A DNA stretch of 64,000 bases, from positions 5,289 to 69,288 of the forward strand of contig CAYLJX010000005.1 in NCBI GenBank assembly GCA_964384235.1, given 5' to 3'. A program made the position numbers and the translations under genes. Below, one piece after another: positions 1-9,005 of this stretch. Source of the DNA: an uncultured Bdellovibrionales bacterium (GTDB taxonomy: Bacteria; Patescibacteriota; Minisyncoccia; Moranbacterales; UBA1568). The notes under the pieces are model-generated. The model ran no database searches and was not told the origin of the DNA. It was given only the letters and a program-made list of their open reading frames with translations. How positions within the stretch are numbered: position 1 is the first letter of the stretch; each line of letters opens with the position of its first letter.

Positions 1-2274
1 TCCATGCAGGTCACCAAGGCGGACGACTCCAAGGAACGCTTCGATCTCGGCAAGATCCAGGCCGTCTTCGACCGGGCTGTGAAAGGATATGAGGAACAGT
101 GCCGCTTCGAGGATCTCATCGAGGCCTTCAAGAAGAACATCGTCGAGGACATCAAGACGTCCGATATCGTCAAGCTTCTCGTCAAGACCTGCATCGATCT
201 CGTCACGGTCGAAAACATCGCGTGGCAGAATGTCGCCGCCCGCATCCTCTTGGGCGACCTGTACAAACAGGCCGTCAAGAACCGCGGCATCAAGCACAAT
301 CAGATCTACACGCCGGAAAGCTACAAGGCTCTCTTCGAGGACTACGTCAAGAACGGTCTCTATTTCAAGGATTTCTATCAGTACTACTCGGGTGAGGATA
401 TCCTCGAGGCGGGCCGCCACCTCTCCATGGAGACCGATGAGACGTACGAATACACCACCATCCTCTCGCTCGCCAAGCGCTACCTCCTCAATCCCAACAA
501 GGTGGTCAAGGAGCTTCCGCAGGAAATGTACATGTCGGTCGCGCTCTTTCTCGCCATCCCCGAGAAACGCGAAAACCGGCTCAAGTTCGCCCTCGAGATC
601 TATGAACACTGCTCCAAGCAGCGCATCTCCCTCCCGACGCCCACCCTCATCAACGCCCGCACCAATTATCACCAGCTCTCCTCCTGCTTCAAGATCAACG
701 TCGACGACGATCTGCGTGGTATCTATCACGCCATCGAGAACATGGCGCAGATCTCCAAATTCGGCGGCGGTGTCGGTGTCTATCTCGGCAATATCCGCTC
801 CCGTGGCGGCATGATCCGCGGCATCGAAGGCGTCTCCGGCGGCATCAACCCCTGGGTCAAGGTGATCAACGACACAGCGGTCGCCGTCAATCAGTTAGGG
901 AGCCGCCTCGGCGCCATCTCAGTGACGCTCGATTTCTGGCACCGCGACATCCATGACTTCCTTGATCTTCAGACGGAGACCGGCGACATCCGCTCCAAGG
1001 CCTTCGATATCTTTCCGGCCGTCTCCGTACCCGATCTCTTCATGCGTCGGCTCCAGGAAGACGGAGATTGGACCCTTCTTGATCCGCACGAGGTCCGTCG
1101 TTTCTATGGCAAGGCCCTCCAGGATCACTTCGGGGACGAATTCGACGCTTTCTATGTCGAACTCGAAAAGGACGAGCGTCTCAAGATGAAGCAGACCATC
1201 AAGGCCAAGGAACTCTTCAAGAAATTCCTCAAGACCACCGTGGAAACCGGCATGCCCTACGTCTTTTTCCGCGACACGGTGAACCGTCTCAATCCCAACA
1301 AGCACGCCGGCAACATCTATTCCACGCAGCTCTGTACCGAGATCTGCCAGAACACCTCCGCGACCAAGTTCGTCGAGGAAGAACTGGAAGACGGCAAGAT
1401 TGTCATCAAGTACGAGCCCGGCGACCTGGTCGTCTGCAACCTCGCTTCCATCAACGTCGCCAAGGTCTTCGAGGATAAGGACATCGAGACGGTCTTCCCG
1501 GTGGTCATGCGCGTCCTCGACAACGTGATAACGCTGAACTACTACCCCATCAAGGAAGCCGAACGGACTGCGCTGCGTTACCGGAGCGTCGGCCTCGGCT
1601 ACCTCGGGCTCGCCGAATACCTCGCCACTCACAACCTCGCCTACGAAAGCGCCGAGGCGAGAGAAGTCGTCGACAAGCTCTTCGAGCGCTACGCTTACCA
1701 CACCTACCGCGCCTCCGTCGACCTCGCCAAGGAACGTGGCCACTACGAACTCTACCCGGGAAGCGAATACGAGAAAGGTATTCTCCTCGGCCATGACCGC
1801 GCATGGTTCGCCCAGAATACGGCGCACGGCAAGGACTGGGAGAAACTCTTCGACGACATGAAGGAGAGTGGGGTACGCTTCGGCTACCACACCGCTCCCG
1901 CCCCCAACACCTCGACGGCCGGCGTCGTCGGCACCACCGCGGCCCTGCTCCCCATCTACAAGCGCTACTTCGTCGAAACCAACCTCTCCGCCCCGACCGT
2001 GCGCGTCGCGCCCAAGCTCTCCAAGGAAAACTTCTGGTACTACAAGGAGTACGTCAACATGGACATGGGGGATGTCATCAACATGATCGCCGTCATCTAC
2101 AAGTGGGTGGACCAGTCGATCAGCTTCGAGTGGATGATCGATCCGGCCCGCGTCTCGCCGGCCCAGCTCTACGGCTACTACACCAAGGCCTGGGAAGACG
2201 GCGTCAAGACCGTCTACTACGTGAGGAGTCTCTCCGCGGAAGTGAAAGACAACTGTGTCAGCTGCAGCGGGTAA
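1..2274 (+). CDS. nrdA: Ribonucleotide reductase class I alpha subunit, 5' partial at window edge
   Basis: 756-aa ORF continuing from the window start; ATP-cone-like N-terminus; catalytic-site motifs CTEICQN and VCNLASINV; followed directly by nrdB. Confidence 0.9.
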   Translation, partial: SMQVTKADDSKERFDLGKIQAVFDRAVKGYEEQCRFEDLIEAFKKNIVEDIKTSDIVKLLVKTCIDLVTVENIAWQNVAARILLGDLYKQAVKNRGIKHNQIYTPESYKALFEDYVKNGLYFKDFYQYYSGEDILEAGRHLSMETDETYEYTTILSLAKRYLLNPNKVVKELPQEMYMSVALFLAIPEKRENRLKFALEIYEHCSKQRISLPTPTLINARTNYHQLSSCFKINVDDDLRGIYHAIENMAQISKFGGGVGVYLGNIRSRGGMIRGIEGVSGGINPWVKVINDTAVAVNQLGSRLGAISVTLDFWHRDIHDFLDLQTETGDIRSKAFDIFPAVSVPDLFMRRLQEDGDWTLLDPHEVRRFYGKALQDHFGDEFDAFYVELEKDERLKMKQTIKAKELFKKFLKTTVETGMPYVFFRDTVNRLNPNKHAGNIYSTQLCTEICQNTSATKFVEEELEDGKIVIKYEPGDLVVCNLASINVAKVFEDKDIETVFPVVMRVLDNVITLNYYPIKEAERTALRYRSVGLGYLGLAEYLATHNLAYESAEAREVVDKLFERYAYHTYRASVDLAKERGHYELYPGSEYEKGILLGHDRAWFAQNTAHGKDWEKLFDDMKESGVRFGYHTAPAPNTSTAGVVGTTAALLPIYKRYFVETNLSAPTVRVAPKLSKENFWYYKEYVNMDMGDVINMIAVIYKWVDQSISFEWMIDPARVSPAQLYGYYTKAWEDGVKTVYYVRSLSAEVKDNCVSCSG

Positions 2275-2315
2275 ATCAACGAACAATCAACAAAGAACAG
2301 CGAACAGAAAATGCT

Positions 2316-3356
2316 ATGACGGAAATACACCAAAACGCGATCTTCAATCCGGCAGGGGACGATGATGTCTCACACCGCACCATCATCAAAGGCGCGACGA
2401 CGGGCCTCTTCAACCTCAACGCTACCAAGTACCCCTGGGCCAAGGCCCTCTACCAGGTGATGATCGGCAACTTCTGGGTCCCGGAAAAGGTTTCCGGTCT
2501 CAAGGACGACGCCCGGGCCTTCCATGCCGACCTCACCCCCGAGGAACAGAAGGCTTACAAAGGCATCCTTTCCTTCCTCATCTTCCTCGACTCCATCCAG
2601 ACCGTGAACCTGCCCCACTTCTCCGACTATGTCACCTCGCCGGAAGTGAATCTCATCCTCTCCATCCAGGCCTACCAGGAAGCCATCCACTCCCAGTCCT
2701 ACGCCACCATCCTCGAATCAGTGGTGGATTCCAACGAGCGCGAAGAGATCTACTACTTCTGGCGCACCGACCAGATCCTCCTGGAACGAAACAAGTATAT
2801 CGGCCAGATCTATCAGGACTTCATCGATGCCCCTTCGGACAAGAGCTTTTTCCGCGGTATCGTCGCCAATTTCCTCCTGGAGTCCCTCTACTTTTACAAC
2901 GGTTTCGCCTTCTTTGACACGTTGGTCGACCACATGAAGATGGTGGCGACCGGCCGTATGATCGCCTATATCCGCCGCGACGAGCTCACCCACGTAACCA
3001 TCTTCGCCAACCTCATCCGCGAGATCAGGAAAGAATTCCCCGACATCTATGACGAAAACCTCATCCGCGACATGATGAAAACCGCCGTCGACCAGGAGAT
3101 CGAGTGGAGCCGGCATATCCTCGGCGACCGCATCCCCGGCATCAACGGCGAAACGACCGAAGGCTATACCAAGTGGCTCGCCAACAACCGCCTCGCCATG
3201 CTCAATATCTCCCCGCTCTACCCCGAAGCCCTGGAAAACCCCTACAAGCACCTCGATCGCCTGCAGGACGTGAACGCCGACAAGGGAAACTTCTTCGAGA
3301 CGACGGTCGTCAACTACACGCAGTCCTCGAGCCTCAACGGCAGCTGGGATTTCTAA
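2316..3356 (+). CDS. nrdB: Ribonucleotide reductase class I beta subunit
   Basis: In-frame ATG at 2316 (MTEIHQNAIFNP...) inside the longer track ORF; ferritin-like di-iron protein immediately downstream of nrdA. Confidence 0.85.
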   Translation: MTEIHQNAIFNPAGDDDVSHRTIIKGATTGLFNLNATKYPWAKALYQVMIGNFWVPEKVSGLKDDARAFHADLTPEEQKAYKGILSFLIFLDSIQTVNLPHFSDYVTSPEVNLILSIQAYQEAIHSQSYATILESVVDSNEREEIYYFWRTDQILLERNKYIGQIYQDFIDAPSDKSFFRGIVANFLLESLYFYNGFAFFDTLVDHMKMVATGRMIAYIRRDELTHVTIFANLIREIRKEFPDIYDENLIRDMMKTAVDQEIEWSRHILGDRIPGINGETTEGYTKWLANNRLAMLNISPLYPEALENPYKHLDRLQDVNADKGNFFETTVVNYTQSSSLNGSWDF

Positions 3357-3385
3357 GGCCTCAAGAAACGTACGAGTAGTATCAC

Positions 3386-3417
3386 AAAAATCCTCTTTCG
3401 AAAGAAGAGGATTTTTG
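3386..3417. terminator. Bidirectional rho-independent terminator after nrdB
   Basis: Hairpin aaaaATCCTCTTtcgaaaGAAGAGGATttttt with A-run and T-run on either side. Confidence 0.6.
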
Positions 3418-3470
3418 TAAAAAAAGAAAAGAGTTGTGATATAATGATGACACATATCTTTCTTTTTGTT

Positions 3471-4814
3471 ATGAACAAAAATAAAATCTTGTCGATTTTT
3501 TCCGTTTTCTTCTTGCTTGGATTCTTCGCATTCGTCAACGATGCCACCGCCAAGATGTGCGGCAGTGACAATACCGGTTCATGCCAAGTAGCCTGTTCCG
3601 GCAGCCAAAGATCGATCAATGACTCTACCAATGCCTGTTCCGGAGCATTGTCTGGGGCAGGCGGAACGGTATGCTGCTCACCCGCACAGGTGTCCGAGTG
3701 GCCATCGGCCCAGTGCTACGCCCTTGGCGGAGCCGCTGCGACTGATTGCGCCGACCAGTCGAACACGTTCGACGCTGGCATTCTCCTGACATCGGATTGC
3801 AAACCCTCTGTCCGCTGCTGTCTCCCGAGCGGGAAATTCAATGCCAGCAATCCTCTCCCGAATCCGCAGGCATGTACTACGAAGAGTTGCACAGATACCT
3901 CCGGTCAGCGCTGCACAAGCGGACCCCTTACAACCTGTAATGCTGGGGAACGAAATGTCACCGATGTCTGCCCAAGCAACGGAATATGCTGTCAGACCGT
4001 TCCACCGAACAATAATACAGGGAACGGGAACGGCTCTGGAAGCACCGGCACCGGCCTGACCGGGCAACTGAACTACACCCTCCTTGAAAAGATCCCTGGT
4101 GCGGAAGAGGCGGGAAGCGACCTCAAGAGCTATCTCGAGGCCCTCTACAAAATCGCCCTGGTTCTGGTGACGCTCTCCGCTGTCCTCATGCTCTCCATCG
4201 GCGGCTTCATGTACCTGACGAGCGCCGGGAACACCGCCCAGATGGGCAACGCCAAGGGCGTCATCACCGATGCCCTCATCGGCCTCGTCATCGCCCTCTT
4301 CGCCTGGCTCCTCCTCTACGTCATCAACCCCGATTTCGTCGGTGGAAGCATCAACGGCCTCTCGCCGGTAAGCGTCGCTCCCGGCTATTCACCTGCCGTC
4401 CCGGTCTCCGTCGAAGGCCAGTACACTCACGCTGAAGCCGTCGCCGCACTTCAGGCCCAAGGCATCAGCGTCACCAGCAGCGGCAACTGCAGCGACCAGA
4501 GCAACAAAACCTGCACCAGTCTGCAGGGTATCCCCAAATCCACCGTCGATAACCTCATCAAACTCAAGCAGGGATGCGGTTGCAGCTTTTCCGTTACCGG
4601 CGGAACAGAAGTCGGTCATGCATCGCACGGAACCGGGCGGGCAGTCGTGGATGTAAGCCTGTCGCTCAGATCATTTCTTCTCAACAACAAGGGATCTTTG
4701 ACCTCCCAATACAACGTCATCAAGATCTGTGCCACCAAAGACAATCAGGACGTCGCCATGGGCTGCTCATATATCGAACCACAACCGCACTTTCATCTTG
4801 TCTTTAAGTCATAA
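3471..4814 (+). CDS. Cysteine-rich secreted protein with a TrbC/VirB2-like (T4SS-pilin-like) two-helix membrane module and a C-terminal possible metallo-hydrolase-like domain
   Basis: Extended -10 TGaTATAAT at 3436-3444 overlaps the track start 3444, so the likely start is ATG 3471 (MNKNKILSIF... signal peptide ending AxA). About 25 Cys in the first ~200 aa, an Asn/Gly linker, then two hydrophobic helices flanking a short polar loop (IGGFMYLTSAGNTAQMGNAKG...ALIGLVIALFAWLL). The C-terminal region carries an H...D...HFH pattern. Confidence 0.5.
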   Translation: MNKNKILSIFSVFFLLGFFAFVNDATAKMCGSDNTGSCQVACSGSQRSINDSTNACSGALSGAGGTVCCSPAQVSEWPSAQCYALGGAAATDCADQSNTFDAGILLTSDCKPSVRCCLPSGKFNASNPLPNPQACTTKSCTDTSGQRCTSGPLTTCNAGERNVTDVCPSNGICCQTVPPNNNTGNGNGSGSTGTGLTGQLNYTLLEKIPGAEEAGSDLKSYLEALYKIALVLVTLSAVLMLSIGGFMYLTSAGNTAQMGNAKGVITDALIGLVIALFAWLLLYVINPDFVGGSINGLSPVSVAPGYSPAVPVSVEGQYTHAEAVAALQAQGISVTSSGNCSDQSNKTCTSLQGIPKSTVDNLIKLKQGCGCSFSVTGGTEVGHASHGTGRAVVDVSLSLRSFLLNNKGSLTSQYNVIKICATKDNQDVAMGCSYIEPQPHFHLVFKS

Positions 4815-4825
4815 TCTTCTCCTTT

Positions 4826-5968
4826 GTGAGAAAGGTTTTCTATATCTCCTTCGGTCTCCTTATCCTGGTGCTCATCTTCCTGGGCGCCTACAATTTCGCG
4901 TTCCGTAACAACGTCAACAGCCCCGTCGCCGATCCGAACAAGAAAGAGATCAGGACGAACGACCAGACAAAAGGAACTTTCCAGCCGGCGACCGCCATCG
5001 CCAGTCCGGTGAACGAAAATCTCCTTGCTCCCGTCATCGGCTCCGACGGCACCCTCTACTACTACTCCCTCGACGACAAAAGCCTCAAAAAATCCACCCT
5101 GGAAGGGAAAAACAAAACGGTTCTCTTGAGCGACTTCCCCGGCACTCCGACCCGTATCCTCTGGTCCCCGAGAAAAGACAAGGTGCTCATTCTCCTCAAA
5201 GCAGAAAACGGGGCGTCCCAATGGTATTTCGCCGAACTCGGCAACCGGACGCTCGTTCCCCTGAAACCGGAAATCGGGCGCCTCACCTGGGACAATCTCG
5301 GCGAGAAGATCTTTTACCAGTATACGGACCAAAAAAGCGGTGAAAAAACGCTCAATGTCGCCAGTCCTGACGGCAGCAACTGGAAAACTCTCACCGCTCT
5401 CGGGAACCGGGATTCTTTCATTACAGCCATTCCGAAAAGTACCGTCGTCGCCTTCTGGAACCGACCCAATGCCCTGGAAAAGACCGTTTTGGAAAGCATC
5501 GGCTGGAACGGTGATGACCGTCACACGCTTCTCACTGATCAGTTCGGTGCCGACTACCTCTGGTCGCCGAGCGGGGACAGGATCCTGGTGAGCACTAGTA
5601 GTGAGAAGGGAGGCAACACCCTCTCGCTCAACCTGATGAACGGCCAGGGCGGCGAATACCGGTCCCTCTCCGTCCCGACCCTCGTCTCCAAAGTCGTCTG
5701 GTCCAAAGACGACCGGACCATCTACTACGCCCTACCTGGTGCTTTACCGGAAAACACCGTTCTTCCCAATGATTACTTCGAAAAGCCGCTCTACACGACC
5801 GACACCTTCTGGAAAATGGATGTCGTGACAGGAAAGAAAGATCGTCTCGTGGAGCTTAAAGAGGTGACCCAGAGCTTCGATGTGACTGACTTTCTCCTTT
5901 CTCCCGAAGAAGATACCCTTTTCTTCACCGACCGGCAGACGCACCGGCTGTACCGGATCGAATTGTAA
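4826..5968 (+). CDS. Membrane-anchored beta-propeller (TolB/PD40-like repeat) protein
   Basis: GTG start with an N-terminal TM helix; repeated DGS/SPDGS/WSKDDR motifs typical of PD40 propeller blades. Confidence 0.5.
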   Translation: MRKVFYISFGLLILVLIFLGAYNFAFRNNVNSPVADPNKKEIRTNDQTKGTFQPATAIASPVNENLLAPVIGSDGTLYYYSLDDKSLKKSTLEGKNKTVLLSDFPGTPTRILWSPRKDKVLILLKAENGASQWYFAELGNRTLVPLKPEIGRLTWDNLGEKIFYQYTDQKSGEKTLNVASPDGSNWKTLTALGNRDSFITAIPKSTVVAFWNRPNALEKTVLESIGWNGDDRHTLLTDQFGADYLWSPSGDRILVSTSSEKGGNTLSLNLMNGQGGEYRSLSVPTLVSKVVWSKDDRTIYYALPGALPENTVLPNDYFEKPLYTTDTFWKMDVVTGKKDRLVELKEVTQSFDVTDFLLSPEEDTLFFTDRQTHRLYRIEL

Positions 5969-7184
5969 GGGGAGGAAAAAAACCTAGTACTAGTACCGTC
6001 CAGAAAGCGGAGGCGAGGTCAGTCTTGAAGTACGGCGTGTCCGTCAGGCCGTATACGAGATAGAGAAGGAGCAGAGCGATACACAACAGCCGAAAAAATC
6101 TCTCGTCCGAAGAAGCTGTCCGCACCCGTTTCCACTGCTCCCGAAACCACACGGTCACCATCCCGATGAACCCGATGAGTCCGATCAAGCCTGTCTGAAG
6201 CCACAAAGCCAGATAGAGACTGTGCGGCTGCGGTACCGCCCACTCCAGATAGGGCGGAAAATACTGTTGATACTCCAGGTACACTTCCTGGAAGCGTCCG
6301 ATACCGATACCGAGAAGAGGGCTGTCTTCGATCATTCTTTCCGCCGAACGCCAGATCATCATCCGCGAAGCGAGTGAGGAGCGCTCGTCAAACGACACGA
6401 GGTCTTGCCACTTGTCCGTGTCTTTCTCGAAGAAAAAGAACGCTCCTCCGACCATGGCCACTGCCAAAAAAGTGAGGGTGGTCGCTTTAAAACGGGATTT
6501 TCCTTCTTGCTTACAAGAAAGTCCAAAAAAAATCCCGGCAACAGCAAGTGCTCCCCAGACACCGTATGAGTGCGTCTGATACAGGGCAAAGAGAAGAAAC
6601 ATAGCACTCAAAACAAAGAAAAAGCGAGGAAGAAAACTTCCTGAAATACGGTGAAGATAAAAAGCGATGAGGACTCCGGGCGAAAGAAAAATCGCCAGGT
6701 AATTCGGGGAGCCATACCAGGCGGACAGCCGGCCGTCATAGGTGACCTTACCAAGAACGAGATACGCGAGACTCGCCGCCGCCGTCAACACGAGAGCACC
6801 GAGCCACGCAAGCAGTATCCGCTTCCGATCACCTTCTTCGCCGACCTGAAGCCAGAGAAAAGCATAGAGCAAAGGGAACGCAAACCAGCTTTTGAGCATC
6901 CCGAGACCAGTGAACGTCTGTGGATTATACAGGAAGGATAACCAGGCTCCGAGAAGAAAAAGGTTGAGAAAGAGGATGAACCAAACAGAAACCAGGTCCG
7001 CGCCTCGAAACGTACACTGTTTTCTGAAAACCCCTGCCACAAACAAAAAAATGGCCGCCAAAACGAATCCCTCCGAAATATAGATCGGTAACCCAAGAAA
7101 AACCGCCTTCACCCGCGCGAAGGGAAGAGAAAGAATCACCCCCAAAAGAAGCCATTTTGTACCCCGGAGGAAAATGGAAGACAT
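5925..7184 (-). CDS. O-antigen ligase family (Wzy_C) polytopic membrane protein
   Basis: Many TM helices; conserved ...IWRSAERMIEDSPLLGIGIGRFQ...PHSLYL... O-antigen ligase core. The track start is 7250; an in-frame ATG at 7184 (MSSIFLRG) is the more likely start. Confidence 0.6.
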   Translation of the reverse strand: MSSIFLRGTKWLLLGVILSLPFARVKAVFLGLPIYISEGFVLAAIFLFVAGVFRKQCTFRGADLVSVWFILFLNLFLLGAWLSFLYNPQTFTGLGMLKSWFAFPLLYAFLWLQVGEEGDRKRILLAWLGALVLTAAASLAYLVLGKVTYDGRLSAWYGSPNYLAIFLSPGVLIAFYLHRISGSFLPRFFFVLSAMFLLFALYQTHSYGVWGALAVAGIFFGLSCKQEGKSRFKATTLTFLAVAMVGGAFFFFEKDTDKWQDLVSFDERSSLASRMMIWRSAERMIEDSPLLGIGIGRFQEVYLEYQQYFPPYLEWAVPQPHSLYLALWLQTGLIGLIGFIGMVTVWFREQWKRVRTASSDERFFRLLCIALLLLYLVYGLTDTPYFKTDLASAFWTVLVLGFFPPLTIRSGTAGASAGR

Positions 7185-7293
7185 AGGGTAATTATTACCA
7201 AACGTAGCACTCGCCAGATTCTGGAGGCAGGCGAGCGGCCATGACTCCAAGGCTCAGACTCGAAGAGAGTGGCGGTAAAATCGGGTTAACCCG

Positions 7294-7584
7294 TTAAATT
7301 TGCTTATTCACCTTCACTTCCCTCACTTCTTCCTTGCCGATGATCTCGTTGATCCGATCACAGAGATACTTCCGACGGAGAAAGACCTCGCTTGCCCAAA
7401 GGGAACTCCGGGGACTGAGGAAAAGTTTTTTTTCCTTGTAGAACGTCGGGATGATATTTTCTCCGCCACGTATCCCATACTCCTCAACTAAGACGCGCTT
7501 ACAGATATGGAAGAGGGTTTTTTCGTCGATTTCCTGGGGAACGACTATCTTTTTCGTCGGGAGAAGCTCCTTGAGAGTTCGCAT
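7294..7584 (-). CDS. DUF721/DciA-like small protein downstream of dnaN
   Basis: 96-aa ORF lying 2 nt after dnaN; size, position and C-terminal ...WASEVFLRRKYL...INEIIG... resemble DUF721 (DciA) family members found next to dnaN/recF. Confidence 0.45.
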   Translation of the reverse strand: MRTLKELLPTKKIVVPQEIDEKTLFHICKRVLVEEYGIRGGENIIPTFYKEKKLFLSPRSSLWASEVFLRRKYLCDRINEIIGKEEVREVKVNKQI

Positions 7585-7586
7585 AC

Positions 7587-8735
7587 TTATTTGCGAATGG
7601 GCATCATGAGATAAATATATCGTTGATCTGGTTTTTGCGTTTCATCCATCATCCGAAGAGCGGCTGGGGTAGTGCTCGCATTCGCCAGAAAGACTATTTT
7701 TTCACCCGAGAGCGCCGAAAGTCCCTCGAGAATGTAGCGCGGATTGAAAACCATCCGAAGCTCTCCCTCTCCCTGAAGAAATTGCACCGGAAGCACCGTC
7801 TGATTTTCCCCGATTTCCTGGGATTGTGATGCGACGATACAGATATTTTTCCCTGTATCGAAAGAGAGCGAAACCTCTCCGGAGCTGTACGACGAAAACG
7901 TGCTGGCGATCTTTATCGCCCGCAACAGATCCTCTTTTTGAAAGATTCCCTGGACAGAGAAGGTTTCCGGGAGAATCTGCTTGTAATCAGGGAATTTTCC
8001 GTTGATGCTCCGAGAAATCACCTGTGCCTCGTCTATCCCGAAGAAAATCTGATTCTCCTCCAGGGCGATCTTCACTTCCTTACTTTCCGGAGTGATGACG
8101 CGGAAAATTTCCTGAAGGGTGTTCGCAGGAATGATAAGAGTGGGATTCTTCTGAAGAAACTCTCGGTAACCAGCCCCGAGATCGGAAAGTATCACCTTTT
8201 CTTCCGCCAACCGGAAACTGTCCGTCGCCACGATATGCATTTCCCCCTCAAAAAATGAGATATACGCCCCGGTAAGTTCGAGTCGAGCCTCATTGATGCT
8301 GACACAAAAAAGAATGCGTGAGAGGGCATTTTTGAGCTCCTGGGCTGGTAAGGCGAAGAAATATTCCTTCTTGTACTGAGGAATGATAGGAAAATCCTTT
8401 CCATCCAACCCTTTCATCTTCATCTGATAGGTCGAAGCGGTCACTTTAAGTGTCTGTCCTTCCGTTTCCAACTCCAACACATCCCCCGAGGGAAGATTAT
8501 GGATGAAATTAGAAAGAATCTTGGCCGGGACCGTGATCCGCCCCTCCCGCTCGATCTTGGCCCCGATATGGGAGATGACACCAATCTCGAGATTGGTGGC
8601 GGAAAGCTTCAATCTTCCGTTCTCCGTCTCCAAAAGAAAGTTACTGAGGATAGGAAGAGTGGTTTGTTTTCCTACGACTCGTTCAAGATGAGAGAGGGCT
8701 CGACTCAGATTTTCCTGCGTACAGACCAGTTTCAT
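7587..8735 (-). CDS. dnaN: DNA polymerase III beta sliding clamp
   Basis: 382 aa; N-terminus MKLVCTQENLSRALSHLERVV...LPILSNFLLE typical of DnaN; immediately downstream of dnaA. Confidence 0.92.
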   Translation of the reverse strand: MKLVCTQENLSRALSHLERVVGKQTTLPILSNFLLETENGRLKLSATNLEIGVISHIGAKIEREGRITVPAKILSNFIHNLPSGDVLELETEGQTLKVTASTYQMKMKGLDGKDFPIIPQYKKEYFFALPAQELKNALSRILFCVSINEARLELTGAYISFFEGEMHIVATDSFRLAEEKVILSDLGAGYREFLQKNPTLIIPANTLQEIFRVITPESKEVKIALEENQIFFGIDEAQVISRSINGKFPDYKQILPETFSVQGIFQKEDLLRAIKIASTFSSYSSGEVSLSFDTGKNICIVASQSQEIGENQTVLPVQFLQGEGELRMVFNPRYILEGLSALSGEKIVFLANASTTPAALRMMDETQKPDQRYIYLMMPIRK

Positions 8736-9005
8736 ACGGTTCCCGTTAATAAGTAATATATTCTCTTATTATATATAAATTTATTATTATGATTAGTGTG
8801 GTGGATATCTGGATAACTCTCTCTTTTGCTTTAGAATAGGTATTTTTTATTCCCATTCTCGGAGAATATATTTTTTGGTTTCAAGGAAACTTTTGTGGAT
8901 AAGGAGAAAGAGTATATTTTTTGTATTTTTTCTCCACGCTCACCGGCAAGTTATCTCCACTTTATTCACTGGAAATTTGAACTTATACACCGGTATTAAC
9001 AGACA
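8736..9005. promoter_or_regulatory. oriC core: AT-rich unwinding element plus DnaA boxes in the dnaA-dnaN spacer
   Basis: Perfect DnaA box TGTGGATAA at 8894-8902; near-perfect boxes cTGGATAAC (8808-8816), GTGGATATC (8801-8809) and TTATCtCCAC (8950-8961); AT-rich tract ttattatatataaatttattattatgatta at 8766-8795. Confidence 0.7.

Noticed and set aside
919-2286. 455-aa ORF antisense to nrdA
   Set aside because: Entirely inside nrdA on the opposite strand. Its Gly/Asp/Val-rich low-complexity translation is typical of antisense frames in GC-rich DNA.
3444-3470. ORF-track start ATGATG at 3444 for the cysteine-rich protein; similar GTG/TTG track starts at 50500, 20642 and 21612
   Set aside because: These starts overlap -10 promoter hexamers or the upstream gene. 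Internal ATGs that give proper signal peptides or abut the upstream stop were preferred.
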